Source of the DNA: Octopus vulgaris
Taxonomy: Eukaryota
Assembly: GCA_951406725.2 (NCBI GenBank)
Contig: OX597817.1
Span: forward strand, 21,452,001 to 21,516,000
Direction of reading: 5' to 3'
Length of the DNA: 64,000 bases
A program made the position numbers and the translations under genes. Numbering within the stretch: the stretch's first letter is position 1; each line of letters starts with the position of its first letter. The notes beneath the pieces were generated by a model that saw only the letters and a list, made by a program, of their open reading frames with translations, did not search any database and was not told the DNA's origin. Positions 56,728 through 64,000 of the stretch are shown here, piece after piece.

Positions 56728-56913
56728 TAGCTCACTCGCTCCTTCAAACCGACAATACCTGTATAGGTGCATAGTGTGTCACAGATCAGATGCCCAACTG
56801 ATTGTAGAGGAACGTGAAATGAAATGCTTTGCCTTAAGAAAACCACCAACCAGTGAAACCCACGTCTTTGCGGTCGTGAATGCAACTCCTCGACAACTAG
56901 GCCATGCACCCTC
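56728..56913 (-). mobile_element. Old tRNA-derived SINE (family D)
   Basis: Minus strand starts gagggtgcatggcctagttg (A-box-like), with a CORE-like aaggcaaagcatttcatttcacgtt. Confidence 0.55.
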
Positions 56914-58117
56914 ACCTTATATAATTTTAATTTATAGTCCTCTTTACAACGTCATGATCTCTTTTTGTTCTCTTTTGTTTCTCTCTGATTAATAATAAAG
57001 ACTGTTACCGTAATTTGATGTTATAAAATTATCACAGATTATATTATTAGAGCGCTGGGAAATAATGTGGGAAACGAATCCCTAGGGGTGTTCGAAGACG
57101 ATAGGTAAATAGAAGAAAATGAAAAAAGTCTGTAGAGAGTACGAAACTAGGACTAACAAGTTACTCGAACAAAAATATATGTAAGGATTAAATGTTAGGT
57201 ATAATTTCATTCTCCATTTTCAAAACTGGATAAAAATATATCTAACATAGGAAAGAGCTATAAAGCTGTTCCCTGTGGACAACACGTACCACACTAAAAG
57301 TAAAATCAACAAGTTCTAGCGGTCAGGAAAGGAAGCAGGTAGGTGATCATTAAACCCAAAATGATTTCGGGTTTGAAAAATTATGCTGTGTGCAGTGAGG
57401 AGATTTTGTAAGCCAATTGTAATAAATATTCTTTATACCGAAGTGGCTGAAGAGTATTGGAATTCAAAGACGCAATAACCACCTGGAGAAATGTGCTGTC
57501 GTATATTCTGCAAGAATATTCAGAAATATTTTCTTGAGATACATGAAGGTTTCTTGTCACCAAACTCCAATGCCGCTTCCTTGTTATCTACAGTAGCGTA
57601 TAATAGCTTTACACAGTATCAACAACAATAAGATCCATTTTAGGCGCATGGTCCATACTCGTTTAGGAAACGATGGATATTTGATGCTATAGACTCCAGT
57701 ACTTGAAATGTATTTTAATTTTAGCGGCCCTGATATTTTTACACATGAATTGCAAACTACACTGAAACTTATAAAAGCTGTAATTAAATGTCACAAGGCA
57801 ATTCCCAACTTCATAACTGTCCAACTGAATTGCCAGTGTAGATATTTACTTTATGTGGTTAAAAGTATAGTAATTTGATTAATAGAATAGAGCAGCTAAT
57901 ATCATTTGATTTCAATCAGCTGATTTTAAATATACGCTAATATGTGATTTTAATGTCAATATTCCAATGTTGTAGATATAAATACCAATATTATATTGAA
58001 GTATAATCGATCGACTCTAACCCATATACTCGAAATTAGTACTTTGGCCAAATTAAAATGAAGTAATATTCATTAGTGAAATTATATTTCTTTATAGACT
58101 TGAATTTTGAACTCATA

Positions 58118-58156
<39 letters not shown>

Positions 58157-60072
58157 ACTATTTCCCCATTATTTCAAATATAAATGAACATCATAACGAA
58201 CACAATCAATAATTATCTAGAATTCCTAGAATATCAATCATGTACTGCATTAAGTGATAGTATTCAGTGGTGAGTAATTTTTAATTTTGGTAGAATCAAT
58301 GAGGTCGTAATTCCTGTATTGTAATACACGGTAGTACTCTATTGATACTTTTCTGGGTGCATTGTCTATATTTAGTCAAATATGATACTACTACTAAGGA
58401 CTATACAACGAAGGTTGGTAGTTTTTAATGCAAGTGTTCTAAACATTTCACGGATTCTGGTGAAGCCGCCAGGTTCTAATCCAAAGTCACAGAAAATCAG
58501 GCTAATTGCACAGGCCTTCGAAATGGATTTGTTTAAACTTGCTTTAAGAAATTGTATGTTACTCTATATAATGTTCTGATGCGAATTCCAAATATGAAAA
58601 AATAAATAAAAAATCCCTTTCTCATTACTTTACATTTTTCTTACAATTTAATAGTAGAATATGTCATAAGTTGTAGGAAAAGACGAAGGCAAAGTAATAG
58701 AAATTAATTTGATATAATATTTAGCCTATTAAAATGGCACAAATGCAACTGAAAGGTAATATTTTAGCAAAGGCTCCATATATTTATTTTAGGTTCAGCA
58801 CCTAAAAATCTACCACTTCAACTTGGAAACTCCGCTTGTTATCATTGGATAGACTCGTTGCAACCTCCAGCAGTAGTTAGCATGTAGGAAATTATTTTTA
58901 ATGCTCATTTTAAAACCTAAGGTTTTATTGTTATTTCTGAAATCTAATTCAACACTCAAGAGTACGTCTTGAAAGTTTTCTGTTGGTGATATCACAGAAA
59001 CGTCAGGTCCATGTGCAACAGATTGCAATGCAGTTGAGATATTTATATAAACAATGTGTTTCCCACTTTTAGAATTGTTCCCCGCAATTTACATGAGCAA
59101 AAGTGTTTCTTCTGCTCTCACCATTTAATTGTAACTCTCAAACGAAAAAAACCTGTTTGTACAATTCATCCATTGTTTCATGTATCCAACACTAATTGAG
59201 CAGGGCTTATGAGGATTCCACTTCTGATGCTAGCCTCCTGATTTCTCATCAAAGTAGATACAGTAAGATTTTTGACAAATTCAGTAATATATCTCTCGCA
59301 TTTGTCGTGCATAAATTCGCCACAAATTTAATGCAATCATTCGGGATAGCTGCACATCTTCTAGAAGCCTTTCTTGGTTGAATTGATGTGGAAGTCTGTA
59401 AGGAAAGGGAGGCATTTTTAATAGCATATATTTGATTTACTATCTAAATGTATACACCATATCCTAAGAGAAGATTTGGAATCTAACATATAATTCAATA
59501 AAACAATGTAGGCAGGTTATATAAATGACTTAGTAAAGCGTGTTTTTCTCTCTGTAGTGCTTGTGTTTGACTGAAGCTACATTGATGCAGGCAAGTCTCT
59601 GTGAACTTAAATGTGTTCAAATGTTGCCAGATGCATTCTTTTTTAAAATATGACTGTTAATTATACTTTTACTGTATATTTAAATAGAACAATTAATAAT
59701 AACAATAAAAGACAGCAGTCAAATTCGGTCATAATGATAAAACGCAATAATCGGGTACGTGAAGAAACTACGTGATAAAATAATTTCTTTGTAATTTTTG
59801 AAATCAGTGCGTAGAATTGATCCATTTCGCCCAATAGATGTGAAACCAATTTTTTTTCACACACCTGTGTTATAAAAGGCTCCCAAGCTGGAGATGTTAT
59901 TTCTCTTTTTTTTTAGCTGTTCTGCATCCAAATATGTACACTCTAAATCATCTTCACCTGCTTCATCAGTGCTGTATAATTGGAATGAGATTGTGATGTC
60001 CATAGAAATCGGAATCAAACTTTAACTATAGTTAATATTATTTTATCATGCTGTATGATATATATGAATCGA

Positions 60073-60106
<34 letters not shown>

Positions 60107-60109
60107 AAC

Positions 60110-60243
60110 AGATAGATAAATAAATAAGTTTCTTTATTGGCCACACAGGGCTGCACACAATTGGGACAAGTTACAAGGTAGAGCTTTTCTTTTGGGGGAT
60201 GAAAAAAACAAAATACAAAAGAAACAAAAAAAAGGAAAAAAAA
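60110..60243 (-). mobile_element. Extreme 3' end of a non-LTR retrotransposon
   Basis: Minus strand reads T-rich...cttgtcccaattgtgtgcagccctgtgtggccaataaagaaac followed by a simple-repeat tail. Confidence 0.55.
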
Positions 60244-60665
60244 GGTGACGTAGGTTTTCGATGTCACTCTATTCTAAATACTGAAAAGATATCTTATGAA
60301 ATGCATACAGACCTAAATGAAATTTGTTTTACACACGCATTGTAGCTAAATCTGCATTATCTTAAGCTCTTGTTACATTTTTAAACTTGAGGGACGAATA
60401 ACTGCATGGTATTTCTAAGAGGATCCCTCCTTTCTCCATATAGATCGTGTGATGTTTTGTAGTGACATAAATATTTATAATATATAATGACGAGCATGTC
60501 TGTCTCCTTCACTGATGATGTCCCCAAAAAACAAAAACAGAAAAAAATTCAGTCGTCACACAACTGGCAAATATCAGAAAGTATTATTCTCCTCATTCAA
60601 GGTTTACTTAATTCTAATTTATATTACCATTTTGTTCTTGCATCCTCACTAGGGAAGAATCTGTA

Positions 60666-60787
<122 letters not shown>

Positions 60788-60807
60788 ATTTTTTAAAAAT
60801 CACAATA

Positions 60808-60978
60808 GGCGCAGGATTGGCTGTGTGGTAAGTAGCTTGCTAACCAACCACATTGTTCCGGATTCAGTCCCACTGCATGGTATCTTGGGCAAGTGTCTTC
60901 TGCTATAACCCCGGGCCGACCAATGCCTTGTGAGTGGATTTGGTAGACGGAAACTGAAAGAAGCCTGTCGTATATATG

Positions 60979-61021
<43 letters not shown>

Positions 61022-61215
61022 TTGTGTGTGTGTGCGTTTGTCCCCCTAGCATTGCTTGACAACCGATGCTGGTGTGTTTACGTCCCCGTCACTTAGCGGT
61101 TCGGCAAAAGAGACCGATAGAATAAGTACTAGGCTTATAAAGAATAAGTCCCGGGGTCAATTTGCTCGACTAAAGGTGGTGAAACAAGTAAAATGACTGA
61201 AACAAGTAAAAGAGA
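60808..61215 (+). mobile_element. SINE family A, full length with a rearranged tail
   Basis: ggcgcaggattggctgtgtgg...; tail reads gaaacaagtaaaatgactgaaacaagtaaaag. Confidence 0.92.
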
Positions 61216-62499
61216 ATAAAGAGAAAGAGAGAATACCAATGATATGAATGAATGAGTTCTATTGCCTAATTTACGATTTTTTGCCTGCAGCAGGCGTCGC
61301 TGAATATATTCCGTGGTCATAATTTTTGAGTGCGTGTACATTTACTTTCAAAAGGGTAATATGTCAACAATCGTCCAAATATCCTTCACCAATCTCAGTC
61401 AGTCACTAACAACAATAGAAATACTTATCGTGCAATGTCAGTAATTAGATTGACATTTGTGCTTCTCCACTACGGACGCAATCATATGACTGAAAGAATT
61501 AAATGAATACGCTCATTTAATGTATGATTGATGTTATCAACACGATACTTAGAAAATATTTTTTGTTCATGTGAACATAAACCACATGTACATAATTTAA
61601 TCTGGGTAATTCCAAATGAGGTCGCGATGTAAATTTTATCAAAATTCTAGAATTGTAGAAGCTCCTTAGAATAAGCTTATACCTCAATATTAGAGAAAAA
61701 TCTGCATCACTTTTTTTAATAATTTTCATCATCCCCATTAGTACCACTATTATCAATGACAATACCAAACATTGTCCCTGTCATGAACAATAATACATCA
61801 AACAGGAAACTAATACGTAATCTTTTGACTTCCCAATAATAGCTGTTAATTTTCACAAATCGTATTTTAAGTTTTTAAACCGTAAAGGGCACACTGGCCA
61901 ACGTAGTACTAGATATAAAATACAGATTTGCTACCAGAGCATTTTTATCAGTATGCTTCAGTAGGGCTAAACTCGACAACAACAACATCAAAGTAAATTA
62001 TTTCACATAAATTACTCGACGTTTGACAAGAGATTGTTGGTTTTCTGATATAATTAAATACGAAACAGATTTTCAACCGAGGAACAAGAGTGTAGTTCAC
62101 TCAGTCTTTCGCGGTCATTTCTATCTAATTTAAATCTAGAGTGAAATTTTGAAGAAGTATATTTTTATGCCCGTATAATCATTCTTACACTACACGCCAA
62201 TAATTATATATATAATCGTTCAATGACTTTAATTAAGATTCACTGTGAGCTAGACAGAAAATATCAATTTCGTGCCAACCGTTTCTAATATAAAGCAAAT
62301 GATGTGTAATTCATTGTAGAATATTACAGTTGAGAGACAGTATTGCCTACTAAGTCTGTAATAAAACATGCAGACTAGTCCAACCTCTCACTTTCAATTA
62401 CATCTACTGTATTGTTGTAATCGTATTTAGTTGACCATCAACAAGTGAGCTCACATGGTGCACATTATGCATCCAAACATAGGATGAAAGACTTTCCAC

Positions 62500-63850
62500 A
62501 TAAATCTATGCCGTGTTTCTCTCCGCACTTGTGTATCTAGGACTACGTCAGCCATGATAGTTAACATGGAGACGGACTACTCAGTTTCTTTTAGCGAAAC
62601 AAAGCGAGGTCTCAATTAAAATACTAATTTGATAATGTAACATCCTCAGTATGTTTTATTTTTCATAAGAAATTTTAAATCTGAATCTTGAAAGCATCTA
62701 CAGTTTGACTGACCTAACACAGGCGCGCCAATATGCGATTATCTGGTACTTGTTCGTTCCGCAAGCTATTACCGACAAATATTTCATGCGTCACAGTTTT
62801 CCATTTTTCGTCTTTATCTATTGAAATCAGAATTCATCGAATGAGTTGATGAGTACTGGCTTGGAACTAAGCAAGAAGACCAACAGTATCAATTTCTGCA
62901 TGATCAGCACTTTTACTGCACACAATTCTCAAAGCTAAATCAGTAGTAGTATTTCACTATGTTCGGAAACTACAATACTGACCTCAGTGAAACATATTTG
63001 GCGTCTTTTCAATAATCATTCTAATTATTTGCAAAATGCCTGTACATATATTACTTTGACTCGATGCAAGTGTACATATTTTCTGGGAAGAGAATGTAAA
63101 TATGGAAAGTGAACGTGCATGTACATCTCAATTATATAGATATCCTTTTAACAGAAAATATAATTCTGTAGGTAAATTATTTCTTACATTGAGCTTAGTA
63201 TGTGAATAAATTTATCTGTACAATCGATTACTTTTCAGTATTTTTAAATAAAGTGTATCTATTATTACAAGTTTATAAGTATTTGAGTTAAACGAATATA
63301 TAATAGTAACTGGATAATGCATGACTTTCTGAAGACTGTCAGTAATCTGAAGCGAAAAGAAATGCTTCTTAAACGATGAGACTCTCATCTAAAGGGAAAG
63401 CCAGTATATAAGTGGGAAAAATGACACCTACTATAAATTGCCTATTCACCAAGAAAGTTTGAAAATGAAATTTCGTCATATGCAGAAGATCATAAATATA
63501 CAAAGCTTGGATTATGGATGTATACCAGGTTGTTACAAAGTCAATTGCATGCAAAAGTAAAGGAAATTTGCTACGATTAAGAATAGAGAACGAATGACAA
63601 TGTCAATTTATAATTCCTTGGTTTTAAATATATTCAAATGAAAGACCTATAATGTCTATATATTACAAGTAGTAACTAATGTATCCGTTTCTATATGCTA
63701 CGACTTCACATATTCAACGGCAGAATCACAACTGATAAAGACAGCTTCAAACACTAAATATCTATTGCGCTATGCTTATAAAACTTTTTTCTAGGACATT
63801 TTACAAAGGCTTCAACAAGTTTGTGAGTGGAGATTTTTCTACAAGAGAAA
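62500..63850 (-). pseudogene. Highly decayed I-clade (I/Nimb/Ingi-like) LINE reverse transcriptase remnant
   Basis: Collinear minus-strand peptides: RKIS/LTN..LCK (like RPISLTS.LCK), TTWYTSIIQALY..FQTFLVNRQFIVGV (like TTW..IL..L..FL.NR.F.V.V), CGTNKYQIIAYWRACVRSVKL (like WGADR..LL.LYRA.IRSKL). Confidence 0.6.
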
Positions 63851-64000
63851 CTCAAGTTCAAAAGACATATTTCATATATTGATATTTCTTATCTGAACTA
63901 ACATGCCGGCTATTTACCAGAAAAGAAAAAAAAAGCTTTTGTTTTTTCAAATTTATGGACAGAGCAGAAATTCAAATGCTAAGGAAATATAAAAGTGTTA

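Noticed and set aside
58380-60010. Complex non-repetitive stretch, possibly exons or a transposase
   Set aside because: No sustained ORF or recognisable motif in the frames I read

Overview
This is AT-rich, microsatellite-dense eukaryotic non-coding DNA, probably intergenic or from a large intron. The SINE complement suggests an octopus or other coleoid cephalopod (inference from recalled family structure, not a search). I found no intact host gene; nearly all track ORFs are microsatellite or low-complexity artefacts. The window is a transposon graveyard. It holds a decayed Helitron Rep/PIF1 gene (1.5-4.0 kb), a non-autonomous Helitron, about 20 copies of 3-4 tRNA-derived SINE families (three with clear target-site duplications, two nested insertions), two mariner-type MITEs, a CR1-type LINE 3' end and a decayed I-clade LINE RT. 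There are also several fold-back elements and a ~780-bp tandem duplication. The most notable signal is two short non-coding repeat families that carry minimal type-I hammerhead ribozyme motifs, as in Penelope-like retroelement pLTRs. One copy sits in a perfect 73-bp inverted repeat (48636-48786) and so carries a hammerhead on each strand.
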